A stretch of DNA of 64,000 nucleotides from Lingula anatina (Eukaryota; Animalia; Brachiopoda): contig CM120640.1 of the NCBI GenBank assembly GCA_051362555.1, positions 18,786,001 to 18,850,000 on the forward strand, given 5' to 3'. Numbering within the stretch: position 1 is the first letter of the stretch; every line of letters starts with the position of its first letter. Made by a program: the position numbers and the translations under genes. Positions 38,777 through 52,400 of this stretch are shown here, one piece after another. The notes beneath the pieces were generated by a model. It made no database searches and was not told where the DNA came from. It saw only the letters and a list, made by a program, of their open reading frames with translations.

Positions 38777-40708
38777 TTTAATCAGTTTAGCCCACGGTTT
38801 TGATCATTTGATATACCATTTAAAAGTGACGTAAAGCTTTCAGGGAAAAGCAAAAGGAATGTAGGTTTTAATATTTTTTCTTAGATATGAAGGCAGCAAT
38901 TTTCATCCAATTCGGATATTCTCTTTACTTTATGAAGCGAACAGCTACAAAAATGAATGCCTTTAGATTAGAAAGAAGCCGTCAAAACAGGACAGGGACC
39001 ATTACAAGTCATTATCATGGAGAGAACAAAACGCAGTATTTGTTCATGTTCTTCATTACAGACTTAAATGTGTAGTGGCACAAACTGAATAGCGGAAAAC
39101 AGTTGGTCAGCATTTTACAATCGAGGACAGGTTTCTTTAATTTTTAAAATTCAGACGTTTCCGTAGAGCCTTCGTGCTAACCCATTTCAAAATAGGCTAC
39201 AGCACAGTAGTATAAAAATAGTGTAAAGGGCCAATAAATAAAACAACTTTTTATACCAACATCACGCTTTGCGTTACTATGAGTTGTTAGAATTTTGAGA
39301 GCTCACAAGAAAAATATCTTACTGCTCCCAAATTGGACAACACACAGGTCACAATAACTTGGACAATTTTAATTGTTAAATTTCAAGTCTTAAAATAATT
39401 CTTAAAATAATTATCAGGAAAAACAAGACAAAAACCAAATAATTTGTCAACATGTAGTTATTCATCCTCCTCTATGGTTTTATATATGCCACGTGATGCC
39501 TGGTCATTATTTAATCCTAGCTTCTCAAACCCCCCCCTCTTAGCAAAACCCGAGGACCGCCTGTGTGTTAACCATGCCTGCAGCAAATGCTGTGTAAAAA
39601 AATTCAGTACCCTGAGACGGGTAGAAAATCTGAATCTGGACAGTATCTCAGCAGACGCTTAATATCCAATTGCTTTTACATTCATAAACATCATAATCAT
39701 GATTTAAATGATGCTGCAAATGAATTTGTCTAAGTATAAAGAGACTTCTTAAAGAAATATTCTTCAGAGTTCAAAGAACAGGTCAAAACAATTCAAAATC
39801 ACGGTAATTATGAAGTTTTTATGAGTGAACTAGTAGTTTGATTTGAAAAACTAAACTAAATTTAACATCTAATTCATCCTTGATTTGAAGACCAACTTTT
39901 TTGACAGTTAAATAAAAAGCAAGATGAAATAAAGGAAAATGTATAATTTATTTTTATTTTATGCTCTTTCACTAGTGTCAGAGACGAATGAAGTTCAGTT
40001 AAACATGCATATTTTTGCACCCTTAATTACATTCACTAGCTAAGATCCCTGACAACTGATGTCAACTTCAAGTACTTAATTTTTGCCCTACAGCTCCTTC
40101 CACGCCCGCAATGTTTTAACTGCCAGCAGTCTGTGAGATACCATAGTGTGTCCGATTGCATTACATCATACATTTTCAAAAATAATGATACGTAATGCTG
40201 TTGCTTCAAAACCAAGCAGAATTTATTTTTTCTTTCTTTTTTATAGCAAAAAATGTTTTAAAAAGCCATAGTACTTTTGACTCTTTGTTTTACATGGAGG
40301 CTTTTTTCTTAGAAACAGATCTGATTACTTATGTTCGTTTCCACTGTTGACTCTTGAACAGTAGTAAACAATGTCTCCTCCATGTCCAAACGTACACCCA
40401 ATAGCTTGAGGTTTTGGGGATCTAAAGTCTTCAGAAGAAAAGCCATATTCTGTTTAAATGTCCGTCAGGATCATACCCTAAAAGAAGAAAAATGCTGCAA
40501 TCGGTCCTTTTTGTTAATGCTATTTGAATCAAATGATCTATTTTGTATGAAAATGTCCTTGTTCCTGCCATATGCGAAATACTGTAAAATGGCTGATCCA
40601 TTTAAATTATTTATCACTTTCCCATTCAAATGTCTTTTACAAAGATTTACTTCTTAAAAATATTTAAAAATATTTGTCTGATTAAGCAGAAACCACTTAT
40701 AGTGTCAC

Positions 40709-43700
40709 TCACTTTTTAACAATCTGTACCACATCCTCATCTTGCAAAATGTGATCTTTGCCTACTTTTTGAGGCTGGTATTTTACCGAGGTGCCCCACA
40801 CTATGGCACTAGAATAATGTAAAAGTGCAATTAAGATGTGGATAAAAAGGGTAAAGAGTAACAAACATCACAGGACCACATTAATCAAAAGTAATAGATA
40901 ATTTCCATTTATCTTAATACTTCCATTCCCAAATATAAAAAGCACCCCTTCTTCCTTACTGGAACATATATCATTTACATTTAATCCTTTATAGCTTTTG
41001 CTTCTTTCTGAAACATTAAACATTCAAGTTTATAAGTACTCACTATTTAAATTCTTTGATGATAGTCCTGTGTAATTTATTACAGAAATCTTCTATAGAG
41101 GTGTTGCCAGACCTTAGGACGACAGGAGACCTGTAATCTGGAAGCTGACCTTTCGGTTTGGTGTAACTGTAAAAAATAATGTTTAGGACTAAGTCTAGTG
41201 AAAATTAAGACTTCCAAACATCAGATATTCCGTATCAGAGACCAAAGATTTACAAAAAATTTAAAATAAATAGCGATCTTGGAGGAGTTGCAGTAAAGTA
41301 AGGAACCACAAAATTCAAAATCTATCGTATGAATTTCTCAGATTTTATACCGTACTCACAAAGTTAAAAGAAAGATGATGTTGTGTTACTGCTCACATAA
41401 ATGAATATGTTGTCCATCAGGGACTAGCAAAGGTCACTCATGACAAGGGAACTACACTGTCTTCGTTGAAATGTCTTGATTTCAGTAAGGAATTAATTGT
41501 CTAAATATATCATCTCAATTGAACACATAATAATAAAATTAATATCTACTGATCCACAATTCTTAAACAATTCCCATACCTTTGAAATGCTACAAATACT
41601 CACATCCTAACTAAATTGAGGTATTCCCACATTTTTTCCAGAAGGTCATCAAAATTCCACTTGTGGTGAGCTGATATAGGCACAGTATGGGGGACTTTAT
41701 GGATTATATCAAGCTCCTGAAAAATATGCATCACTGCTAAGGAAGACTCTGAGATAATTGTAACAAATGAACACTGAAATCAACAATTTTCCACTTAATG
41801 TCTTACAACAGAAATATCATCATTCGATCAATTCTTATTCAAATGTGCAAAACATTTTAAGATAAAGATTTTTATTTGCTCAAAAATGACATTTGATGTT
41901 AAAAATAGGGTTTTAATCTATTTATTAAGTTCCTAAATTGTGTCAAAAAGTGAATGTCTTAGTTCAACCAGTTGTATACTAAGAAAATGAGAAAACTGAA
42001 TCTTATACTGGAACTTACTTGAATTACAAAGTACCGTACATTTCAAGTAAGATCCAGCATAACATTCAATTTTCTCATTATCTTTGTGTTAAAAAAGCTT
42101 CCGATCTTTAGCAAAAAGAAACATATGGGTTCAGAAAGATTACCTCTATGGAAATCTGGTCTATCTTGTTGAGGACATAAATGCAAGGTATGTAAACCCT
42201 GTTGCCTTCCACAACATCTATCAAGTCCTCTGGCGTGGCATCGTACCTCAATGTTATGTCTGCATTGTGTATTTTATACTCTGCCAGAATCGTCTTCACA
42301 ACATCCGCGTCTAACTCAGACTGGGGAACCTAGCAGCAGATAATGTCTTTTAATGTGAATATCTATTCATCACCTATTCAGTTTATATTGCATCTGTTAA
42401 AGCAAAATGTATGTAAATAGAAACACCGACAAGATATGAAAAGACAGACAAGATATGAAAAATTTCCATTAAAAAATTATTAATAAAGGCTATAGATTTA
42501 TATTTTTATCAAAATCATTGTTTTAACTACTGGTTGCTTCTGTACATATAACTTAGGGGTAATTTAAGTAAAACTGACACAATCAAAGCTTGTGAACCTA
42601 CAGATACCAAACAATTTTTATAAATAAATCAATTTTTTTTATAAAAATAATATGATCGTGCTAATTTTGAAAAGAACCTGCCCCTTTAACAGTGCACACC
42701 CCCCCTCCCCCCCAGAAAATTTGAAGTAAAACCCAAATATGCCAAAATATTTCCAAAATAATGCTAAAAACTACTGTAAAAAAAAAATCTGATCATGGGT
42801 TTTGAAACGAACTTGGCCTTTTTACCAAACAGACCACTTGGGGAATTTAAGGCAACACAATAATGTTTTAGTAGTCAAAGAGTGAACAACATGTTTCAGA
42901 CACCAAAGGCAATGGCAATGGCATATAAAATGGCATTATAGACACAGATACAACCATTAAAAAAAAGATGGCTGAAACCTTCACCATTCATATTCTATAT
43001 TTCATTCTTCTAAGTGACTTACCATTTGCTGTAAATTTATTCCACCTTTTTCCTTTTTCCTAAACACAATATTTGGAGGAGTTTTGTTAAGTCTTATCCC
43101 AAAACCTTCTAGTTCATGTTCTATCAGTCTTTTATGTTGTAGTGGCTTGAGGACATCAAGAACAATAAAAATTAAACCGCAAGTTCTTGCAACTGAAAAC
43201 AAAAATTACACACACACAAGTAAAAATTACAGCCAAAATATACATTTCTAAAAATACATTCACAACAAATGTTTTCTTCACATTATGAATTTCTTCTCCG
43301 GCTAAATAAAGAGAGACATGTATTGAATTACCTGCAATTACTTGCTTTCCTCTTCCTTTACCATCCTTAGCACCCTCAATAATACCTGGGAGATCTAAAA
43401 GCTAAAATGAAAGGTACCACTCTAAATGATAAACATCATCATTTATTCTATTGATAGTATATATATGTCTCATATTTGACAACAAGAACTTGATTAACCA
43501 AGCTACTGACAAATAGAGCAACTTCTTAATATCTATCTATGAAGACATACTTCAACTTGTTAACTCATGAATATCAGTTTGAGGAATTAGGATGTGGAGA
43601 ACTGAGTTGAGATACAAACATCTAACAAGGTTTTACCTGGATCTTAGCACCTTTATACCTGATGACCCCAGGCACAGTAGTAAGAGTGGTGAATTCATAA

Positions 43701-45096
43701 GCAGCCACCTCAGAATAAACTCCAGCCAGATTAGTCAATAAAGTGGACTTGCCAACAGATGGGAAACCTAAAGATAAAAAAAGCACCATTACAACTTTTC
43801 AAACAAAGCTGTGATTCAGCTTTTCCCTTGAATATATAGTATGAAGCTCATTTAATACAGACCAGAATCATTTTAATGACCAAGTTGAAAAATAAAGTTG
43901 GGAGCAACAGGCTACAAATGCATTCTGTAAAATAAATTATTGGTTTAACATGTCCTATTTATATCACAACAGAGATCAATTGCTATAAAAATGTTCTTCC
44001 CCACAGGCTTTGATTTACAGCTTATCAAAAACAACAAATCTTAGACAGAAAACAATTTAAATAAACTAGTATCATCAATGGTTATAAACCCCCATTTATA
44101 TATTAACCTCACTATCTTTATAAACTATGCAATAACCATCTTAAAGAGTACATTTGATTTGACATACATACTCATATTACCTAGTCATTAACCTATTCTT
44201 ACCCACAAATCCTATCCTGGCATCTCCAGTTTTTGCTACATCAAATCCTTCTCCAGCACCTCCACCTCCTCCCTTTGGTTCTATCAGTTCTCTCCTCAAC
44301 TTTGCTAATCTAGCTTTAAGTAAGCCAAGATGCCCCATAGTTGCTTTATTTCTTTGGGTTCGGGCCATCTAGTCAAAAATTCAAAATGCATTTTATTTGA
44401 ATTAAATTTCATCGAGGCAGGTGTGCATGCTCTCTGGTGGTCATTTTACATTTATATACATCTATAGCCTTCAAGTGTTAACAAAAATAGTAAATATCAG
44501 AAACCATAATAAGAAGAGCTATCACATAAATCACCGTGCTTAAATATAATATACAGTATATCAGAAACTACAGCATATAGGAGTGCTTACACATGTTCAA
44601 AACTTTGTACTATCTATGGTCATTCTACATAACTTACAACCTTCAACTCATATTATACGTATGATTAATATAATGGTAATGCACATTATGCAGAACTTTG
44701 GATTAACATCTGCCAAAGAATCGAACATAAGAGTTATATAGAGGCCGGCGGAATTCTAAAGCATTTGACATGTGTTACCTTTCCTGAGGTATGTGTATTT
44801 GGGAGGTGGGGTGGGGTGGGGTCTGGTTCAAAATATAGGTAGCATACCGGAACGTGACATACGGTAGCAGGTTATAAGTTACGTGCACATATACGCATCA
44901 ACCAAATCAGCGTATCCCGCCGGCATCGATAATTTCTGTTTTAAGTGTAAAGAGAAATATACTGTAATGGTTGAAAATACCAACAACATCGCCAATGAAA
45001 ACTTTAACAATAAAACAAGAAATACATCTGCCGTTAATACTAATGTGTACACCATACCTCCGCTTCGATCTCCGCTATCTTTTGAAGCGCACTCAT
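40709..45096 (-). CDS. DRG1: Developmentally regulated GTP-binding protein 1 (OBG family, TGS domain), 365 aa
   Basis: Exons 45096-45058, 44368-44203, 43767-43637, 43401-43332, 43192-43023, 42329-42144, 41716-41604, 41166-41044, 40808-40709. Reads [23 protein letters not shown]..., G1 GFPSVGKS, G2 YEFTT, G3 DLPG, G4 NKID and ends [10 protein letters not shown]. The [16 protein letters not shown] segment is DRG1-type rather than DRG2-type. Confidence 0.96.
41981..42084 (-). repeat. 43-bp imperfect inverted repeat (hairpin) in DRG1 intron 6
   Basis: Arms 41981-42023 and 42042-42084, 5 differences, 18-nt loop. Confidence 0.85.
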
Positions 45097-45640
45097 TGTT
45101 GTAATGGCTTTGAAACAGTAGCAAATGAAGCATACAGATGGCAAGTGCAGCACGTTGATGGCGGAACACTTGAATGACCCCCGGAAGTGTTAGTATTACT
45201 TCCTGTTCGTAAAGAGTTACTGTCAAGACATTCGGCATGTGGAAAATGTATAGCGTGCAGAATTATTCACTTCAAAAGTTCAATAGCTCACTATCATTTA
45301 ACTAACTAACATCAATCAAATATATTCTAGACTGAAGTATAACCAATTAAGCTTTTATTTTTTGGCAGGTCGAAGGTCAAAGTCAAATGCGCAGGTGTGC
45401 ATCCGGGACTTTGTGCCCAGGCGACATTTTCCAAAAGGCTTGCAGTGTTTCGGAGGCGTTTGAAAAACTTGAATTAATAACAGTATGCTTCATAGTACAT
45501 CGTTATAATTGCTACAGATACTACATAGAAAAGCTACCGAAACGGGGAGAAACAATACGTGTTGAGTGACAGTCTGACTTAAGCAAAACTGGTCCACGAA
45601 ATTGTAGTATCTTCTCCGCAAAAGCAGCAACGTGGAGGTA
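45097..45640. promoter_or_regulatory. Bidirectional promoter shared by DRG1 and EIF4ENIF1
   Basis: Divergent ATGs at 45096 (minus) and 46445 (plus). YY1-like GATGGCGG at ~45157, an inverted ETS pair CCGGAAGT (45181) / ACTTCCTG (~45197), and a candidate non-coding exon donor GAG|GTACAT at ~45638. Confidence 0.55.
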
Positions 45641-46444
45641 CATTGTTTTGATTTTGGGATCTTTGACTTTTACCTTTATTTAATTAAATGGACAGTTGGG
45701 CTAGTAATTTTGAGTTCCGATATGGTGAATAAGGTATTGGTTACTAATTAGTGCATGTTTGCATAGTTAATTTTGCTTCCTTTTGAAAGCAGTTATAGCT
45801 TAGTTTGGGATGTTCGAGAGTATTATTTCCACATCTTCTAACAGTCATACACGGAAATGTGTCAACCATAGACTGTGTGTCATTTGTCATATCCTGAAGT
45901 TATGTAAAGAAACCTTTGTTTTTGGAAAAACTCATTTACCCGTATATGTAAGTATGGTGCAGGTGTCTGCAGTATTTTATTGGGACGAGTAGGAGATGGT
46001 AGAATGACACTGTAGCAGAGTACAGCTAGCAGTTGGTTATCACGTAATTATATGCAGTCACACTGTGCAGTTTGAGTTATGATAGCCATAAATATTAAAA
46101 TGGCAAATGGTGAATACAGATGCCTACTTTTAAAAGCCCTTTCTGCCATTTTGTAAAACGTGCAATTTGACAACTTGTTTTTAAAATTATATCAGGATTA
46201 CCCAACTTAATACTTCTTTCCATTGGAAATGTGTTCACTGCCAGTGAGAAGATGGGATCTGGATGTGTATTACACTAAAGGACAATTCTTTTCAACATTT
46301 TCTGCAAAAATTTGTAGAGGAAGATGGCGTTTTTGTCAAATTAAGTTGTATTAATTTAATGTATGATCTTTTCAAATAATTGTCTTTTATGCTGCCTCTT
46401 CTTTCTATATAATAGCCAATTATTTTTTATCTTATTAGAAAGGA

Positions 46445-49400
46445 ATGGACAAGAAATCCGAGATAGATGTCGCTCTGAGTGATTTAGAAGGTAACAAAGA
46501 AAATGAAAACCAATCGAAATCGGAACATAGTTCCAAAGAGGGATCACCTACTGTTAATTTGCCAGAACATCAATATTCTCGGGTGAGTTGTTAGAAAATT
46601 AACTCAATATGAACCTTGAATAAGCTTGATTAAATGTTCTCATTAGTTATTACTTGCACTGAACTCTACTATAGATAATACATATTTTATTCCAGTCATG
46701 TAACAAATTCAGTTGGACATGAAAAGTACATACACCAAAGGGCACACATTTTAGTAAAACTGAATTGTTGACGATCTCAGAATATTTGTAGATAACGGGT
46801 TTCTCTTTGTAGGATGTTCTACTGAAAATTGCTGATAGCAGTGCAGCAAACATCAGGCCAACCTGTCTCAACAAAGAATATGACGGGTAAGTCTTCATTT
46901 TATTAAGTTATCATAATATTATTTTTAAAATTTTAAACTTGTTTTGCTAGTGTAATTATGTACTAAATAATGCCTGATATATGCGATAACAGGCATCAGA
47001 CTAGGGGGTAGTAGTGCATTATTTGTCATACATACAAAGGGAAGTTGTACATTTCCCACCCAAACCCATAATTTTGAATAGAATAAGCTGATATCAATGC
47101 TGTCTCTAGGACTGATATGTCTCACAGAAGGTACAGTAAGAGATCCTTAGTAAGTGTTCTATGTTATTGTAGGCCAGAGGGATACTGGGATCCAGAAAAG
47201 TGGTTCAAGTCATTTGGAGGTTCCCGAGGCAACTCTCCATTGACATTGGGAGATAGAAGAAAACGTCCAGCTGATATTGACCGTGATTCACTGAAGAGAC
47301 CTGCTGGTAAGAACCTTTTGTTAATCTTGGAACTCCTATCCAAGTATCTGACAAGAGCTGTAGTAAATTTCTCCTTAATCTGTTATCAGTGTATTCAAAT
47401 TTCATTGATAAAAATGGCCATTTCAAAATATGATTATATTTTTAAAGAAACCTTTCTTCTAGTGCCATGTTTTGTTAAGAATATATGTGGCTTCACTAGT
47501 TGAATGAAAAGTTGAAAACCGATTCTTCACTTCACAGTTGTCACTTGCAATGTAAACCTGTCTTAAATTTTTTTTTTACAACCTGCATGCTGGAGGGTTC
47601 AGAGTAACATAGAAAGTAAAATTAACAATGTTAATACCACTTAATTGTTCTAGATCCCAAGGAAAGAGTAAAGCAAGAAGACAGTGGTATTGTATTGAGT
47701 CCTCAGAGGCGTAGCTTCTTAACAGGATGCCATGTGACTCAGACATCGTCACCATCTCCATCTGTGCCTCAAAGACAACTCAGTGTGGACTACAGAGACA
47801 GGGAGAGAGACAGGGATTTGGATCGGGACAGAGAAAGGTACTTCTTTAAAACTGAGATAAAGAAATGCACCTAGAAATGTGCTTTGTAATCATCAAGTGG
47901 CATATTTTTCAAAAATGACATTTTTTTTTTACTTTAGATTTAAGTTAATGGTATGAATTCGTTAGGAATGAATCCCCCATTTTCGTTTGATTTTGTTATG
48001 CGAGTATGTGGTCAGGAATTATAAATTTAAGTGTATTTGGGTGTCTTTTCTAAAATTTTCTCTCTATTTAGACCTAGAAATGACCAGAGGCGAATAGGAA
48101 GTGGTCGCATCCAACTTGACCGAGAGCGGGACAGAGAATATGACCATGACAGGGATAGAAGAGAATTCAGGTTCAGTAGAGATATTCGAGATAGCCGGGA
48201 CATTCGTGACAGTAGGGATCTTCGAGATGGTAGGAACCTGAGAGACAGTAGAGATAGCAGAGATTCCCGTTTCGACAGAGATCGTGATCGAGATGACAGA
48301 AGATTTGAACGCTTCAGGAGAGATAGTGGAAGTTATGATGATCCAGACAGGAGATACAGTAAGTATAAGATAGGCTATTCTTTTGCTTTAGGTATCTCTT
48401 GTCTTTAACTGGATGGGATATTTCCGTAAAGATAATTAAAGTAAAGCGAAATACATGTGAAACCTATTAATAACCTATATATATATATTATTGATAATTT
48501 GTATAACTGTCATGTTATTGTCACAGATCGTGCAAGAAGTTTCCGTTACAACGAACAGCCTGAGCAACCGGAGTGGTTCACAGAGGGTCCTATCAGTCAG
48601 TCTGACACAATTGAACTCCATGGGTTTGATAGGACTTCTGATGATGATGATGAAAAGGCACCAGATGAAGAAGAGAAGAATGTTGATGGACCGAAAAATT
48701 TGAGTAAGTGATATTTTAAATCAATTTTGGGGGTTTGCAAAGCAGTTTTTAATGTTAAATGAACCTGGATCAATATGTGTCATCTTTGGCACGTATCCTT
48801 GTATAGCCAAAAATCTGTGATGTGTATTTTCTATTGAAAGGAGTAGATATGTTGTTCTTGTATTTTTGTCTACCACCAATTACTGAAAAAGTCTAAATTT
48901 CAGTGTTGTTTTACAGCACATGACACACCGTTATTTGCAAAGAATGTTTATTTTCTGAATTGTCTTGCAAGTTACATCACATTGTTTATTATTCATCCAC
49001 ATTTTAACAGCAACCGTGAATGTCCAGGACAGGAATGGTAGCTTAGAGACCCAGGAATCTAGTTCACCCGAACCATCTCCTCAGTCTGAACCAGAGAAGG
49101 CCGTCCCATCTGCCACAGAGAACGCTGTGCCAGAGTTTGATATCAACGAGTTCTTCAAGTCTAATCTAGAAGTGCAGGTATGTAAAAATGTTGTTTCCAA
49201 CACTAGTTTCATGTACATTTTGGAACAATCTATTTGCCATTATGACCTGTCAAAAATTGATTGTAATCTTCTGAAATTTGAAAAATGGTTCTTACTGGAG
49301 TTGGAACTAAGTAGTTAGTTTCATGATAACATGTTTAGTAGGATTGCTCTATTTTCAATTGTCTTTCATCATTTTCTTCAAAAAGATCAACTTGAACAAC

Positions 49401-52400
49401 TTGAATTCTCTCTTTTTTGTAGGAGTCCACCAGTCCAAAACCAGACCAAGTTCTCCAGGTTTCCGGCAGTCGCTTTTCCCAGTGGTTCCAGTCCAAGGCT
49501 CAAGGTGGTGGAAACAGCAATAGCAACAGCAGGCGATCATCCCTTGATGGGGATTTCAGTTTCTTAAATGGTTTGTTTGATTGCTGATCTTTAATGAGTA
49601 AGAAATTTATATTTGCAAACTCTAGTTTCTGAGTTCTTCCCTTCATGCTATTTTAGGCGCCAAATGTGCACAGATAAAAATAGATTATACAGTTAAAATG
49701 GCTTGGATTTTTTAAAAATAAAAATGGAGTTAGCATGAATTTGAAGCAGATTATAACCCCCTAGATGTATGATTCTTGTGTGGCTCTGTAGTGAGAACTT
49801 TGGGTAACTTTCTCTCCCAGATCTCATCAGTGGTCAGAAGAGCCCACCCACAGTTTCTCCCGCCCCTCCCTTGGATGGTGTACCATTCCATGCCCCTTCA
49901 CATGGGCCAGAGGAGACCAAACAACCCAACATCCTAGAGATGCTGCACCATGCTGCCAAGAGAGGAGGACTGCAAGGTAAAGCCTGGGTCTCTTTACAGG
50001 GTTATGAGAGAAAAAAAAATGATGGGTGGTTGTAAGAGAGAAATTGAAAAAATATGATTAAGCTTTCTAATTGTTTTATGTATGTCACTTTAGCATTGGC
50101 ACAAATTTGTACTCTGTGTATAGCTATTCACTTTAAGTTTTGAAAATTTTGTTTGCATCTATGCTAGACAATGTTTTTCACATGTTGTGTTGTTGCATAG
50201 TTGTTTATAAGGTGATAAATGTCCATGTTGCCCAAAATTTCAGCAGAGTCACATGGAAATAACAGTACCACAGAAGCAGAAACCAACTTGAAAGCTCTTT
50301 TAATGGGTGATAATAAAACGGAGGCTCTAAGTCCTAGCTTTGTTCATCCTAGTGTACAGAGTAAGTTCCCCCTGGCAGTGCCTTCCCCATGCTTTCGTAG
50401 TGTAGATCGCTTAGAGCTGGGCTTGCATATTAGTCTCTCTGACTAATCTATATAGTTGCTGCAGTATTTGCTTGGGTGGTGGTGAATAAATTCCTTTGTT
50501 TGAGCCACCCGTGCTAGTTAACGCATGGTCCTTTTTTTTTGGAATATAAGTATTTTTTCTACAATTAGAATTTTATTTACTGGCTGATTTAGTTAAAAAA
50601 CACTATGTATGGATTTATTCATTTGAATCACTCTTTGAAACAGATTTTCTTCCCATGTATTAAGCAAGTGAAAGATGCAAAATTTTATGCAATACTTTTT
50701 GTTTTCACACAAGGCTGGTTTCCAGTATATGTGGTTTCCAATCTTTAGAACTTCTATATCTACTCTGACCTTACTATTAGAAGTTTCTGCTAAGTCCTGA
50801 ATTTTTGTAGGTGTCTTGCTAACCATTAACGTAGTTGTGACAGACATAATTAAGGGTGATGTAAATGTCAGTTGCCTTTATACCTTCCTGTTTGTACTAA
50901 CAATGAGCATTTTGTCTGTTTTATGTATCAGGGCAGTATAATACCCATAGTTCCAATAATTACTTTTATTACTTTCTGTAAATCTTGACAAAGAATTTAC
51001 AAACCTTAATCTCATTTTCTCCTTATAAGTTTACTGATGGATGCCATCACATGGATAACATCACACATTATACACATATTAACTGTAATGGACCTCCATC
51101 TGCAGAGCAGTTTGAGATGTACTAAGGATAGATGCTGTACTATTTGAATATTATTTTTTATTTTTGGTGAATGCATACATGTCATTGGTCTGGGTTGTTT
51201 TGTTCTTGAACATGTGAATGTAATAAAGGATGTCTGAATGGTATTGAAAAACGGATAGCAGTATTTTTTAAGTCTTCAATGAAAGGGGTCATGTATCTTT
51301 AAAGGGTTCTGCAAACCCCTCTCATTTCTTGTTTATGCATTTCAGGTTTACCCAAGGAAAAAGTGATGACAGCAGAGGAACTTGAAGCTGGATTGAAGAA
51401 GATGGTACTTGGCGGTGGTAATGCTTCAGGACAGATGCCAGGAGAGAACCAGCACCACATCCCCCTGCAGCACAATCAGAAACAACCACACCATCACAAC
51501 CAGCAACAACAGCATCAGCAAACCCACCATCACAACCAGCAACAACAGCAGCAACAACACCATCACAACCAGCAACAACAGCAGCCACCACCAGAGAGTT
51601 TCTCACCACAACTACAGTTCATTGCTTCTCAGTTGGCCAAAGCTCAGCCAACCCCCACTCCGCCACAAAGGGGCACCCCAGGGCACCCTGGCATGTCCAG
51701 TGAGAACATGCTACCCCCTATGGATACACGCACACCTAAGAACCAAACAGGTTCTCCCAATAACAACGATATGACAGCCTTTAACAAGTTGGTAGGGCTT
51801 ATGAAGGCTAATGGGGCTTTGAGTGAAACACCAAAGATGCCAACAAACGTAAGTTTGGAATTTTGTTTTTAAGGTATCTCTAATTCACTTTACATTTGTC
51901 TTACTAAATCATAGAACAACAACAACAAAAACCCTAGAACAGTTGTGTGTATTATTTATTGTAGTACATGTTTATCTTGTTCTTCAACAGGCTGTTATGA
52001 CAGAACCACACAACCTTCCACCTGCAGCCCAACAACTCATTGACCATGCTCAGAAAGAAGCTCAACAAAATGCAATTATACAGGTAAAATGTTAAAGGTT
52101 TCTTTTCATTTGTTGTGAAAGACATTCATTGGAAAGTTGAGTGAGATGTGTACAGGGATTGTGTGAAATTTGAAACCCTCTCATGTGATGCCTCTTAAAG
52201 CTGTAGCTTTGACAGAGGGTATCACCTAGAAAAAAGGTGTTTTTGACTTAGTCTGCATAACCAAGACATCTACCTACTTTTTACACAGAGAACATGCTAA
52301 CAGTGCCTTAACATCTAAATCTTCTACTAATTAAAGCAATATTTTCTCTTGAAGAACCATAGCCTGTGTATTTTGAAAAGTGATTCAAGCAATATCTTGG

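Noticed and set aside
41160-43640. C/D-box snoRNAs in DRG1 introns (RTGATGA motifs on the minus strand near 41820, 42370 and 43440)
   Set aside because: No suitably placed CTGA D box or terminal stem within the same intron.
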